Below are positions 1 through 8,380 of a stretch of 26,250 nt of DNA, piece by piece. How positions within the stretch are numbered: position 1 is the stretch's first letter; the number at the start of each line of letters is the position of its first letter. Position numbers and translations under genes: made by a program. Origin of the DNA: a virus (taxonomy: Duplodnaviria; Caudoviricetes); the IMG/VR virus record IMGVR_UViG_3300037423_002154, positions 1 to 26,250 of that record; one strand, written 5' to 3'. The notes beneath the pieces are model-generated. The model saw only the letters and a list, made by a program, of their open reading frames with translations, made no database searches and had not been told where the DNA came from.

Positions 1-110
1 CGCAGTAATGCGCGAGCCGCCATGCAAAAGTGCAGGCAAAGAAATCGTTTTGAGTTCCAGAACGGTCTCAGCGCGTAGCGTGAAGGGTCAACTCTTGTCC
101 GGAGTAGCAG

Positions 111-1214
111 ATGACCCGATACGTACTAGCACTTTGCGTGACGATTGTCCTGGCCGCATGTGGCGGCGGTGGGGGTGGAGGTAGTAGCAGTCCGCCACCC
201 GCCCCTGCTCCCGAGACCACCCCAGGGCCAGTGGCTCAGGCGCCCGCAGACAGCTCCACGCACCAGAACCTGCCAGCGCCTGTCGGTACGCCCTCGACCA
301 ACGTCACGCCGCAAAATCCCGAGCCGGTGCATCCCGAGCCAGTGCCGGTGACGCCCGTACCCTCGACGCCCACGAATGGCACGGGAACAACGGGCACGAC
401 GAGCACGGGGACTGTCACCGCACCAGTGACGCCGACACCCAGCACGCCTGACGTCACACCAACCGCACCCACGCAGCGCGCCAGCACCGAGGACCGGCCC
501 GACGACGCGCCTGGCGTGAAGCAGTTCCATGTGGTCTATGCGATCCCCGCGGACGCCACGGACCGCGAGCTGGATCTGGGTGATGCCATCAAGAACACGG
601 TGGCGAGCGGCAACAACTGGCTGTTCGAGCAGACCGGCTACCGGGTGCACTTCGACACGTACCTTGGGGAGCTGGACATCCAGTTCGTGCGGCTGCCGCG
701 CAAGGACGCCGATTACATGGCGCTCAAGGGCTCGACCAAACACGCAGCCATTTCGGCGGACCTGCAGGAGCTCATCACCAGCACGGACAAGAAGCTCCTG
801 GTGTACTACGACGGCAGCCAGGACGAGGTGTGCGCCGATGGGCCGATACCGCAGTTCAACGCCACCGACCGCACCGCCGTGATCTACCTGCGCGGCGAGA
901 TCCCCGGCTACCGGCCGTGCTTGTCCACTGGGTTCGCTGGCGGCCCGACGGCGGCGCCGCACTACACCGAATACCTGGCCCTGCACGAGATCTTCCACAC
1001 CCTGGGCGCCGTCCACACGGGAGCCGCCCACCAGGAGAGCTTCCACGTGGCAGATGATTCGTGCGACCTGATGTTCGTTGGCGTGAGCCCGTGCTGGGAC
1101 GGGCCGCGCACCATCGACGTGGACCGGATGGACTACTGGAATCCCACGGGGTCGATCCCGAACGTGCCCAGCACGTTCAATGTGGCCGCCTCGCCCTGGG
1201 TCTACAAGCCGTGA
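111..1214 (+). CDS. Lipoprotein zinc metallopeptidase (metzincin-type) with Gly/Pro/Thr-rich linker
   Basis: GGAG RBS at 101-104. Signal peptide with lipobox VLAA-C, then Gly7 and a long Pro/Thr-rich tether. C-terminal HEIFHTLGAVH (HExxHxxGxxH) and a probable Met-turn (CDLMF). Confidence 0.85.
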   Translation: MTRYVLALCVTIVLAACGGGGGGGSSSPPPAPAPETTPGPVAQAPADSSTHQNLPAPVGTPSTNVTPQNPEPVHPEPVPVTPVPSTPTNGTGTTGTTSTGTVTAPVTPTPSTPDVTPTAPTQRASTEDRPDDAPGVKQFHVVYAIPADATDRELDLGDAIKNTVASGNNWLFEQTGYRVHFDTYLGELDIQFVRLPRKDADYMALKGSTKHAAISADLQELITSTDKKLLVYYDGSQDEVCADGPIPQFNATDRTAVIYLRGEIPGYRPCLSTGFAGGPTAAPHYTEYLALHEIFHTLGAVHTGAAHQESFHVADDSCDLMFVGVSPCWDGPRTIDVDRMDYWNPTGSIPNVPSTFNVAASPWVYKP

Positions 1215-1889
1215 TCAGTGCAGGTCGGGCCGGTCGATGTAGAGCGGCAGACCGCCCGACTTGCGCACCCGCACCTTGCCGGTGAGGTCCTCGAGCAGTT
1301 GCTTGGCGAGCTCGGCCGGCTCGGCGCTGGTCGATTCGATGTATTGGCTGTACTGCATGAAGGCGCCCAGCGAGATGCGGTTGTTGCGCGCAGCCTGGCG
1401 CCACACGGTCTCCTGCGACAGCATCAGGCCCAGGCGCTCGACGTGGGCGTCGACAGCCTCCCTGCCGATGAGCATGTCCTGGGTCAGGCGTGTCATGAAC
1501 CGGCGGGCCTGCTCCTTGGGATCGCAGTCGATCCACACCGCGCAGTGCGGCAGGCGTTCCTTGATGCAGTAGCGGCCGATCTGCTCGGCGCCATGGGGGT
1601 CCACCACGATCGCCACGTGCTCGCCCCGGGTCAGGGCCTCGTGAATGGCGCCCTTGCTCATGCCGTAGCGCTTGGTGCCGAAGGTGACCACCTCGATGAA
1701 CTCGTACGCCTGCTCCAGGCGGTCGAACTCCTCGCCGGTGACGAAGTGGTAGTGCTCGCCATGGTTCTCGCCGATGCGGCGAGCCCGGGTGGTGTGGCTG
1801 ATGGCGCGGCCGCAGCCCAGGCGCTGCAGCTCCCGCTCGATGGTGGACTTGCCGGCGCAGGTCGGGCCGGTCAGGGTGATGACGCTCAT
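1215..1889 (-). CDS. gmk: Guanylate-kinase-like nucleotide monophosphate kinase
   Basis: P-loop GPTCAGKST; GK signature SHTTRARRIGENHGEHYHFV...YG; ATGA overlap with the upstream ORF. Confidence 0.85.
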   Translation of the reverse strand: MSVITLTGPTCAGKSTIERELQRLGCGRAISHTTRARRIGENHGEHYHFVTGEEFDRLEQAYEFIEVVTFGTKRYGMSKGAIHEALTRGEHVAIVVDPHGAEQIGRYCIKERLPHCAVWIDCDPKEQARRFMTRLTQDMLIGREAVDAHVERLGLMLSQETVWRQAARNNRISLGAFMQYSQYIESTSAEPAELAKQLLEDLTGKVRVRKSGGLPLYIDRPDLH

Positions 1890-2101
1890 GTGGCGGCTCC
1901 AGGTGATGGCGGTGTGGCCGCGGTCGCTTGCAGCCTGGTGGTGATGAAGGTGAGGAACTTGGTCATCGTGAACAGCGGCACTTCCTGGCCGTTGGCCGCG
2001 AGGACCTGCACGATCCCGCCGGCGCGCGGGTGCTGGAACACCCGCTCGGTCCAGGGAAACGGAAACTGGGCGCGCAAGACGCGGTATTCCATGTCGGTCA
2101 T
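1886..2101 (-). CDS. Hypothetical phage protein (71 aa)
   Basis: ATGA overlaps with both neighbours; fits the operon. Confidence 0.7.
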   Translation of the reverse strand: MTDMEYRVLRAQFPFPWTERVFQHPRAGGIVQVLAANGQEVPLFTMTKFLTFITTRLQATAATPPSPGAAT

Positions 2102-2457
2102 GCCACTTTCCTCACCGGCTTGGCTGCAGTCTTCTTGGCTGCCTTGACCTTGTTGGCCGCGCGCAGCGCGTGCAGCTGGTCACCCAGGCGCTCGGCTTCG
2201 ACTTCGGCAGAACGCAGCTGGACCTTCGCCTCGTTCAGGTTCCGCTCCAGGTCGCGGGCCAGGGTCAGCGCGTAGTTGATGGCGGGCGTCCACTGGCAGC
2301 CCGCATCACGTAGGGACTTCTCCAGCTTGTCGCACCGCACGGTGAGGTTCACGTCCACGGGCGGGACGCGGGCCACAACGGGTTCTTCCTCGACGTGGGC
2401 CGGACCATCACCGCGAATGAGTTGCGGCAGCCAGCTGCGAGCAACATTGGTCATCAT
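2098..2457 (-). CDS. Hypothetical protein with coiled coil and basic Lys/Ala tail
   Basis: Start reassigned to ATG 2457 (ATGA overlap with the upstream stop, AAGGAG RBS); heptad-like LARDLERNLNEAKVQL; KAAKKTAAK tail. Confidence 0.65.
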   Translation of the reverse strand: MMTNVARSWLPQLIRGDGPAHVEEEPVVARVPPVDVNLTVRCDKLEKSLRDAGCQWTPAINYALTLARDLERNLNEAKVQLRSAEVEAERLGDQLHALRAANKVKAAKKTAAKPVRKVA

Positions 2458-2726
2458 TCTTTCTCCTTGCGCTTGTACTGCGCACACACCGCCAGCTTCC
2501 TGACGGGGAAGTCACCCAGGCTGCAGCGGCGCTGGACTTCCTCCTGGTAGTTGAAGTCCCACTTCGGGGGCAGGCCCTGCTTCTTGAGCTCGTCGTTTTG
2601 CTGCTGCATCCAGGTGGGCAGCATGTACTTGCTCGTGTAGTGCTGGCAGCGGCCGCAGCTGCCACCGCGCTCGATGTAGCCCTGGCGGGCCTTTGCTTCG
2701 GCGGCGCTCATACGCTCGGCGCTCAT
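2454..2726 (-). CDS. Small Cys-rich (putative Zn-binding) phage protein
   Basis: CGRCQHY and RCSLGDFPVRKLAVC; ATGA overlap with the ligase stop. Confidence 0.7.
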   Translation of the reverse strand: MSAERMSAAEAKARQGYIERGGSCGRCQHYTSKYMLPTWMQQQNDELKKQGLPPKWDFNYQEEVQRRCSLGDFPVRKLAVCAQYKRKEKE

Positions 2727-4078
2727 GCCTGCACCGCCGCTTCGAACTGCGCCTTGATCTGCGCGAGCGTGTCCGCCACGCCCTTGTCGGTGCGGCGCTC
2801 CACGAAGATCGGCAGGAACAGCGAGTGCCGGGGGTTGCTGTCGCCGGGCGGCATGATCGCGTTGGCCTTGACGGTGACGATCGCGCCGTCCCAGTCCTCG
2901 ATGGCGAAGTTCTTACGCATGTCATCGCCGCGCCCCGAGACATCCACCTGCAGCTCGCCGCAGTGGCTCTCGCACACGAGCGAGCCGAGCATCCCTTCAT
3001 ACTTGCCCGTGCCGCCGTTGTAGCCGGTGACCTTGAGCTCGACGCAGACTTCCAGCTTCAGCTTGATCTGCTCGCGACTGGTGCCGTCACGCCAGATGGC
3101 CGTGAGCTTCTTGACGATCGCACCTTCCTTGCCCTCGGCCAGCTTCTTGCGATAGAAGGCCATCGCCTCGTCCATGTTCTTGACCACCTTGGTCTCGATC
3201 AACTGGAAGAAGCGACCGGGCGAGCCCTTGATGAGCGAGCCCTTGATCTGCTGCAGCAGATCGGCCAGGCGCTGCTTGTACGGCACGTTGTACTTGCCCT
3301 TGGGCACTACCGCCGACAGCGGAATCTGGTCCCACGCCAGGAACAGCGGGCGCTCGTTCTCGGCGAAATCCCCGCCAGCGGCCACGTGGTTCAGGACGCC
3401 GTTGCCGTCCTCGCGCGGCAGGATCTTGCCGTCGCGCAGCACCAGCATCTCGCCGTGGGTCTGGGTGCCGTGCGTGAGGGTCGCAGAAGCCGCTGCCTCA
3501 AACTCGCTGAAGGCCCCCATCGGGTACTCGGTGCCCTGGCGGCTGGACAGACGCACCTCGCCGCCCAGCGCGATGTCCAGATTCATGTACATGCCGTCGG
3601 CCTTCTCCTGCACGGTGCAGCCGTCGGCGAAGAACTCGTCGAGCTTCACGTGCTTGGGCAGGCTGCAGCGCATGTACGGGAACGCCGGCACCATGCCCTT
3701 GACGGCCTTGTTGCAGGTCTCCGCGTCGAAGCCCGCGCGCATGTCCTTGAGGATGATGCGCTTGAACAAGGTGGCACTCATCGTCGTCAGACGCTGCATC
3801 TCGTCCCTGATTGCCTCCAGAGCCGCGTTCCCGGTGAGGGTGCGGTCCGCCAGCATGGTCAAGATGTGCCAGGTCGAATCGTCGAACTGACCATCGCTGC
3901 TGACGTGAGGCAGCAGAAACTTGCGCACGCCGTACGTGATGAGCGGGTTGTAGGTCGCCTTGAGCACGCGCACGAACTCGGGATCGGCGCAGTGCTTGGT
4001 GACGAGGGCGATCTTGTCGTTCTTGCCAGGCACGCTGGCGATGTGCTCGATCGCGGCGAAGATTTCGTCTGAGGTCAT
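2723..4078 (-). CDS. lig: ATP-dependent DNA ligase (phage type)
   Basis: Nucleotidyltransferase motifs I EKADG, III HGEM, IIIa FLAWD, IV EGAIVK, V IKLK; C-terminal OB-fold (GKYEGMLGSL...SLFLPIFVERRTDK). Confidence 0.93.
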   Translation of the reverse strand: MTSDEIFAAIEHIASVPGKNDKIALVTKHCADPEFVRVLKATYNPLITYGVRKFLLPHVSSDGQFDDSTWHILTMLADRTLTGNAALEAIRDEMQRLTTMSATLFKRIILKDMRAGFDAETCNKAVKGMVPAFPYMRCSLPKHVKLDEFFADGCTVQEKADGMYMNLDIALGGEVRLSSRQGTEYPMGAFSEFEAAASATLTHGTQTHGEMLVLRDGKILPREDGNGVLNHVAAGGDFAENERPLFLAWDQIPLSAVVPKGKYNVPYKQRLADLLQQIKGSLIKGSPGRFFQLIETKVVKNMDEAMAFYRKKLAEGKEGAIVKKLTAIWRDGTSREQIKLKLEVCVELKVTGYNGGTGKYEGMLGSLVCESHCGELQVDVSGRGDDMRKNFAIEDWDGAIVTVKANAIMPPGDSNPRHSLFLPIFVERRTDKGVADTLAQIKAQFEAAVQA

Positions 4079-4689
4079 GCTTGCTTTTCTCCTTTCAACG
4101 CCGCTGCGCGACGCTTTGCGTATGCGATGGGTGACTCCCCCGGCAGGCGGGGCAGACTGATCTGGGTGCTCGCCACGGTCACCGGTGCAGGGCTCGGGCT
4201 GGGCGTGGGCTTTGGCGCGCTCACGGGCGGGCTGATGGGCGCGACCGACGACTTCATGGCCGCGTTGATCGCATCGGCGTAGCTGCCGCCCAGGGTCACT
4301 GCCGCCTCGACACCGAAGGCGCCGCTGCTTTTCATACCGCCGTGAACTCGCTTCTGCGCCTCGGTCATTTGCGGCACCGGGCGTTCCGTCACCGGTGACT
4401 GATCAACAGGGACGGCCCAGGGCGGCAGCTTCGCCATGCCCTTCTGCCAGTCCTCGCGCGAGACGAAGTACAGGGCCTCGCCGGCGAGTTCTTCGGCCTG
4501 ACGCATGTGCACGGCCTGGCAGGTGCCCAGCCGAATGGGATCGGCGCAGACCGGGTCCACCCGCTCGTGGGCCTTCACGCGCCTGATCTTCTCCAGGCAG
4601 GCGCAGTAGGCCGGGTTGTGTTCGGTGTGACGGCAGTGGCCCATGTAGTAGGCGTTCTTGCCGCTCTCGGATGCAGAGATCGGGTTCAT
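4075..4689 (-). CDS. Hypothetical phage protein, Cys-rich N-terminus and Pro-rich C-terminus
   Basis: Likely start ATG 4689 (TGATG overlap with the WGR gene stop); several Cys (HC..AYCAC..VC..TC); low-complexity tail. Confidence 0.7.
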   Translation of the reverse strand: MNPISASESGKNAYYMGHCRHTEHNPAYCACLEKIRRVKAHERVDPVCADPIRLGTCQAVHMRQAEELAGEALYFVSREDWQKGMAKLPPWAVPVDQSPVTERPVPQMTEAQKRVHGGMKSSGAFGVEAAVTLGGSYADAINAAMKSSVAPISPPVSAPKPTPSPSPAPVTVASTQISLPRLPGESPIAYAKRRAAALKGEKQA

Positions 4690-5147
4690 CAGAAGGCTCC
4701 CCATGATTCGCCGCGGTCGACTTCGACCTCGGGCTCGCGCACTGACTCGGGCAGCGGGAACGCCATGCCGGCGCCAAAATGGTCGGAGATCGCCTTGAAC
4801 TCTTCCGGGCTGTGGTAGTGCAGATGGGCGTATTCGAGCAGCCGCTCGACTCCGACCTCATGGCTATGCGCCGCGTGCAACCCGTGCCCGTTCAGGTTCG
4901 AGGAATTGCTGTAGCCCTTGGCGATCTTTTCGCGGTGGATCTTGTCTCGCGAGGCTTTCACTGCGGCGGTGGATCCGCGCTCGATCTTCGTCTGACCGCC
5001 GCCCTTCTTCTGGTCCAGCCGGCCCCAGCGTTTGATCAGCATGGAAGCGCCCGTGAGTGCGCCATGGTTGCCGACCATGAGGACCGTCTCGTAGAACTTG
5101 GTCCCACCCTGGTGTTCCATGTACGTCGTTGAAACACTGATACCCAT
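4689..5147 (-). CDS. WGR-domain protein
   Basis: KFYE...KRWGR...GQTK...EKIAKGY matches the WGR domain pattern; GGAAGGA RBS. Confidence 0.75.
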   Translation of the reverse strand: MGISVSTTYMEHQGGTKFYETVLMVGNHGALTGASMLIKRWGRLDQKKGGGQTKIERGSTAAVKASRDKIHREKIAKGYSNSSNLNGHGLHAAHSHEVGVERLLEYAHLHYHSPEEFKAISDHFGAGMAFPLPESVREPEVEVDRGESWGAF

Positions 5148-5191
5148 TGGGATCCTTCCCTGCGCACACTGCGCGCTATCTCGATGACTGA

Positions 5192-5220
5192 ATTGTCGTT
5201 CTTTCGGTCAGGAAAGACAA
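5192..5220 (-). promoter_or_regulatory. sigma70-like promoter TTGTCT-N17-GACAAT for the WGR-ligase-gmk operon
   Basis: -35 at 5215-5220, -10 at 5192-5197, exact 17-bp spacer, about 45 bp upstream of ATG 5147. Confidence 0.55.
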
Positions 5221-5235
5221 GTCACGATTGACTTA
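5218..5235. promoter_or_regulatory. Palindromic operator copy (CAAGTCA-CGAT-TGACTTA)
   Basis: One mismatch to TAAGTCA-N4-TGACTTA; overlaps the primase stop and the -35 box. Confidence 0.75.
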
Positions 5236-6337
5236 TCTTCACATTGCCGACGAACTTCATTGGCTGCAGCTTGAGGCCCACCGCGCTGGTGGGCGTCACG
5301 ACCCGGGCCTGGTAGAACGCCTGGCGCACCACATCGGGCGACACCTCGTTCGGGTCCTTGTTGTCGGGTAGGCGCGCGACCCGGGCCACCAGGCCGATCC
5401 CGTGCACCAGCAGCGCCGCCTTAATGGCGTCCTGGTAGGCGCGCTCCTCGCCGTCCCAGACGAACGTGACTTCGCGCAGGCCCTGGTCCTTGAGCTGCAT
5501 CAGCTTGGCCAGCTGGCTGTTGTCGCTGCCCTCGGACAGGTGCTTGCCGAACGAGCCGATCGGCACCACGTCGCGCAGGGCCATCTCCTCGTCCAGGGCG
5601 ATCTTCAGGGCCATGACGTCGAAGACGCCCTCGCCTACCGCCACGCGCTGCGCGCCGACGGCGTTGTGTCCGTTGTAGAGGATCGATCCGGTGGAGGCGA
5701 ACCCGGGCGGGAACAGGTACTTCTGTTCGGCGGTGCCGGTCATGTCGCGACCCTGAAATGACACGAGCTGGCCGGCCAAGTCGAACACCGGGATGATCAC
5801 CCGCATGCTGTAGTCCTGCACCGCCTTGCCGTCGATCTTGAACCACGAGCCACCCTGGGCCGCGCGCAGCTGGAAGTAGCGGGCGATGTCGCCCGTGATG
5901 CCGCGCTTATCCAGGTACTTCAGGTTGCGCCCGCCGTAGGGCAGCGGGATCGAGGGTGGGAGCTCCAGGTCCGCGGTGCGCAGCTTGACCGGCGCGCTTG
6001 TCTTCTTCGGCGGACGCCAGCCCTGCTCGCTCGCAACGGCCAGGACGTGATCGACGGTGGCACGGTTGTCGCCACCAAGGTATGCCTTGATGAAGGACCA
6101 GCGGTTGAACTTGGCTTCGCAGTCACCGGCAAAGCAGTTGCCCAGCCCGGTGTCGGCGTTGATGTAGACCTTCCAGTGGGAGTTGCCGCAGCACGGGCAC
6201 TCCTTCACGTTCAGCTGCTGGCCGCTTGCGCCGCGCGTGCTCTTGTAGCGCACACCCTCCCGGTCCATCCACGCCTCGATGTCGAGGCTGTCGATGGCTT
6301 CCTGGAGTTCGGCGTTGCTGCGACGCATGGCGGTCAC
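5222..6337 (-). CDS. DNA primase (Zn-ribbon + TOPRIM)
   Basis: CPCC...NCFAGDC Zn-binding region; YLDKRGI; RVIIPV...FQGR; TOPRIM GEGVFD...WDGE; KDPNE. Start GTG 6337 or ATG 6328. Confidence 0.92.
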   Translation of the reverse strand: MTAMRRSNAELQEAIDSLDIEAWMDREGVRYKSTRGASGQQLNVKECPCCGNSHWKVYINADTGLGNCFAGDCEAKFNRWSFIKAYLGGDNRATVDHVLAVASEQGWRPPKKTSAPVKLRTADLELPPSIPLPYGGRNLKYLDKRGITGDIARYFQLRAAQGGSWFKIDGKAVQDYSMRVIIPVFDLAGQLVSFQGRDMTGTAEQKYLFPPGFASTGSILYNGHNAVGAQRVAVGEGVFDVMALKIALDEEMALRDVVPIGSFGKHLSEGSDNSQLAKLMQLKDQGLREVTFVWDGEERAYQDAIKAALLVHGIGLVARVARLPDNKDPNEVSPDVVRQAFYQARVVTPTSAVGLKLQPMKFVGNVKISQS

Positions 6338-6435
6338 GAGAACATGATCATGACCAGCAGGGACAGGCCCAGGACCTTGGCGATCGGCAGACCGGCCAGG
6401 GACATGAGACAGGCGAGAACGATTACGCGCAGCAT
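6334..6435 (-). CDS. Small hydrophobic protein (33 aa), below the ORF-track cutoff
   Basis: MLRVIVLACLMSLAGLPIAKVLGLSLLVMIMFS*; TGATG overlap with the helicase stop and GTGA overlap with the primase start fill the gap exactly. Confidence 0.6.
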   Translation of the reverse strand: MLRVIVLACLMSLAGLPIAKVLGLSLLVMIMFS

Positions 6436-7907
6436 CACTCGACCCTCAGCAGTTTGGAAATGAACTTCATGCGGGCCATGTCCTGCTTGATGAACACGGT
6501 GAAGCCGTCTTCCTGGTTACGCGAGGCGGTGAAGTTCAAACGGGCTTCGCCCGCGGCCGCTTCCTCGTCGGTCTTGTTGATGGAGATCATCAGGTCCACC
6601 GTGCGCACCTTGTTGATGTCGTCGGCCACGTGGGTCTTGTCGGCTACCGTCGCCTTGATGCCGTCGCGGTTGGTCGCGGTCGCCGTGAGCATGGCCACGT
6701 TCTCGATGTCGGCAATCCCGCGCAGGTCGATCCACAACAGGCGGCTGTTCTCGCGCGGCTCGTTGGTCGGGTTGTCCAGGCGCATCAGGTCGGCGTAGTC
6801 CACCACGACGAGATGAAAAGTGATCGGCGGGCGCGTGGTGCCGTCAGGGAGAATCGCCGGCGACTTGTAGCGCTCGATCTTGGAACGCAGCATCGAAGGC
6901 GTGAAGGTGCCGCTCGGGTACTCGGCGACCTCGAACGCGCCGGCGCGGGCCTGCAACGCGCGCACCTTGGCTTCAACCTCGTGCGGCTTGATGCCGACCT
7001 CCTTCATCAGGGTGTCGGTGACGCAGGCATCGGCCCGGGTGCTGATGATGTCGCGGCTGACTTCGAGCGTTACGTACAGCACGTTCAGGCCCGCCAGCGA
7101 TGCCGCTTTGGCAAACCCGATCATGGCCGTGGTCTTGCCCGTCTTCGGGCCGCCGAGCAGCACCGACAGCTCGCGCAAACCCCAGCCCTTGTGCCACAGC
7201 AGCTGGTCCAATTCGTGGATGCCGGTGGTCACGCCCGTGGGCGGCAAGAGGCCGGCCAGACGGTCCTTGCGCGCGGCGGTACGCTCGGTGATCCGCGCCC
7301 AGTAGCTGTACTCGTCGCCGTCGAGGTTGATGCCCACGTTGTAGGCAGCCTTCATCTTCGACTCGATCTTGCCGAAGTCCTTCTTGGCCAGCAGGTCGAC
7401 GCACTCCAGCAGCGCGTTGCTCACCGCCTGGTGCCGGGCGAAGTCCGCCAGGTTCTGGGCAAAGAAGTCCGAGTTGGACAGATCGGGATTGAGGACGAAG
7501 ACCTTCTTGAACGCCTCGATCACCGAGGGCTTGATGTCGCCTCGAATGACCTTGGCGTTGAGATCGTCCTTGAGCAGTTGCTGCGCCGTGATGCGATTGG
7601 GTAGCTGCTGGTACTTGCGCCAAAAGCGCAGGGCCAGGTTCACCACCGCCGCCTCGCCCACGTTCTCGAAGAAGTTGGGGTCGATCAGGTGGCCGACCTT
7701 GCGCATGAACTGCACATCGCGCACTGCATGTGTTGCCAGCTGGGTCTGGAAGTCGGCATCGAATTCGAACTTCTCGACCTCAGCCTGGTTCTGCTCCTGC
7801 GCCTCAGCAGGCTCAGAAACAGCGAGGGAGGCCGCAGCCTCCCCGTTGTACGTGTTCGCGATCAGGGCCGTGACCGCGGCTTCTGCGACCTGGGCCTGGT
7901 CACTCAC
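6435..7907 (-). CDS. dnaB: Replicative DnaB-family (SF4) helicase
   Basis: Walker A GGPKTGKT, YVTLE, Walker B VVVDYADLM, SRN near the C-terminus. Start reassigned to GTG 7907 (GAGGAG RBS). Confidence 0.9.
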   Translation of the reverse strand: MSDQAQVAEAAVTALIANTYNGEAAASLAVSEPAEAQEQNQAEVEKFEFDADFQTQLATHAVRDVQFMRKVGHLIDPNFFENVGEAAVVNLALRFWRKYQQLPNRITAQQLLKDDLNAKVIRGDIKPSVIEAFKKVFVLNPDLSNSDFFAQNLADFARHQAVSNALLECVDLLAKKDFGKIESKMKAAYNVGINLDGDEYSYWARITERTAARKDRLAGLLPPTGVTTGIHELDQLLWHKGWGLRELSVLLGGPKTGKTTAMIGFAKAASLAGLNVLYVTLEVSRDIISTRADACVTDTLMKEVGIKPHEVEAKVRALQARAGAFEVAEYPSGTFTPSMLRSKIERYKSPAILPDGTTRPPITFHLVVVDYADLMRLDNPTNEPRENSRLLWIDLRGIADIENVAMLTATATNRDGIKATVADKTHVADDINKVRTVDLMISINKTDEEAAAGEARLNFTASRNQEDGFTVFIKQDMARMKFISKLLRVE

Positions 7908-8304
7908 CGGGCTTCTCCTCGCGCTTCTTGCCTTGCAGGGCGCGGAACTCGGAGATGTCATGCTTGAACATCACCCAGTCGATGAAGCCACAGCTCTCCT
8001 CGGGAGCGGGCACGCGCAGCGTGATCGTGTAATGGTCCGAGCACTTGACGATGCCGACACGTTTGACGCCGTTCATCTTCTCGACCTCGACCTTGGTGCC
8101 CTGCTCCTTGCCCGACTCCTCCAGGGCCTTGAGGAACGCCTCGTGACCCTTGGGCTCGGCCTTTTTCTTCGATGGGAAGCGGTCGCTGTGCCGGCGCATC
8201 GGTTGACGCTCTTCGGCGGCCATCTGGCGGCCCTCGCGCTGCTGCTCGCGGCGCACCTCGTCGTAGTTGCGGCCGCGGTCTGTTGCCATTGTGTGCTGAT
8301 CCAT
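7900..8304 (-). CDS. hfq: Hfq-like Sm-fold RNA chaperone with long Arg-rich N-terminal extension
   Basis: HEAFLKAL...NGVKRVGIVKCSDHYTITL...VMFKHDISEF aligns by eye with Hfq Sm1/Sm2 (QDPFLNAL...NGIKLQGQIESFDQFVILL...MVYKHAIST). GGAG RBS precedes ATG 8304. Confidence 0.75.
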   Translation of the reverse strand: MDQHTMATDRGRNYDEVRREQQREGRQMAAEERQPMRRHSDRFPSKKKAEPKGHEAFLKALEESGKEQGTKVEVEKMNGVKRVGIVKCSDHYTITLRVPAPEESCGFIDWVMFKHDISEFRALQGKKREEKPGE

Positions 8305-8357
8305 TGTGGGAGTCTCCAATGCTGGTGGTGCCCTCATGCGAGCACTACTGTGAGCGC

Positions 8358-8379
8358 ATTATAGGTCACCGTTGACTTA
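8358..8379 (-). promoter_or_regulatory. Operator copy (TAGGTCA-CCGT-TGACTTA) overlapping a perfect TATAAT -10 box
   Basis: Motif at 8362-8379; TATAAT on the minus strand at 8358-8363, upstream of hfq-dnaB-primase. Confidence 0.75.
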
Positions 8380-8380
8380 C

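Noticed and set aside
126-1046. 306-aa minus-strand ORF
   Set aside because: Shadow of the lipoprotein gene, which has the RBS, lipobox and HExxH motif.
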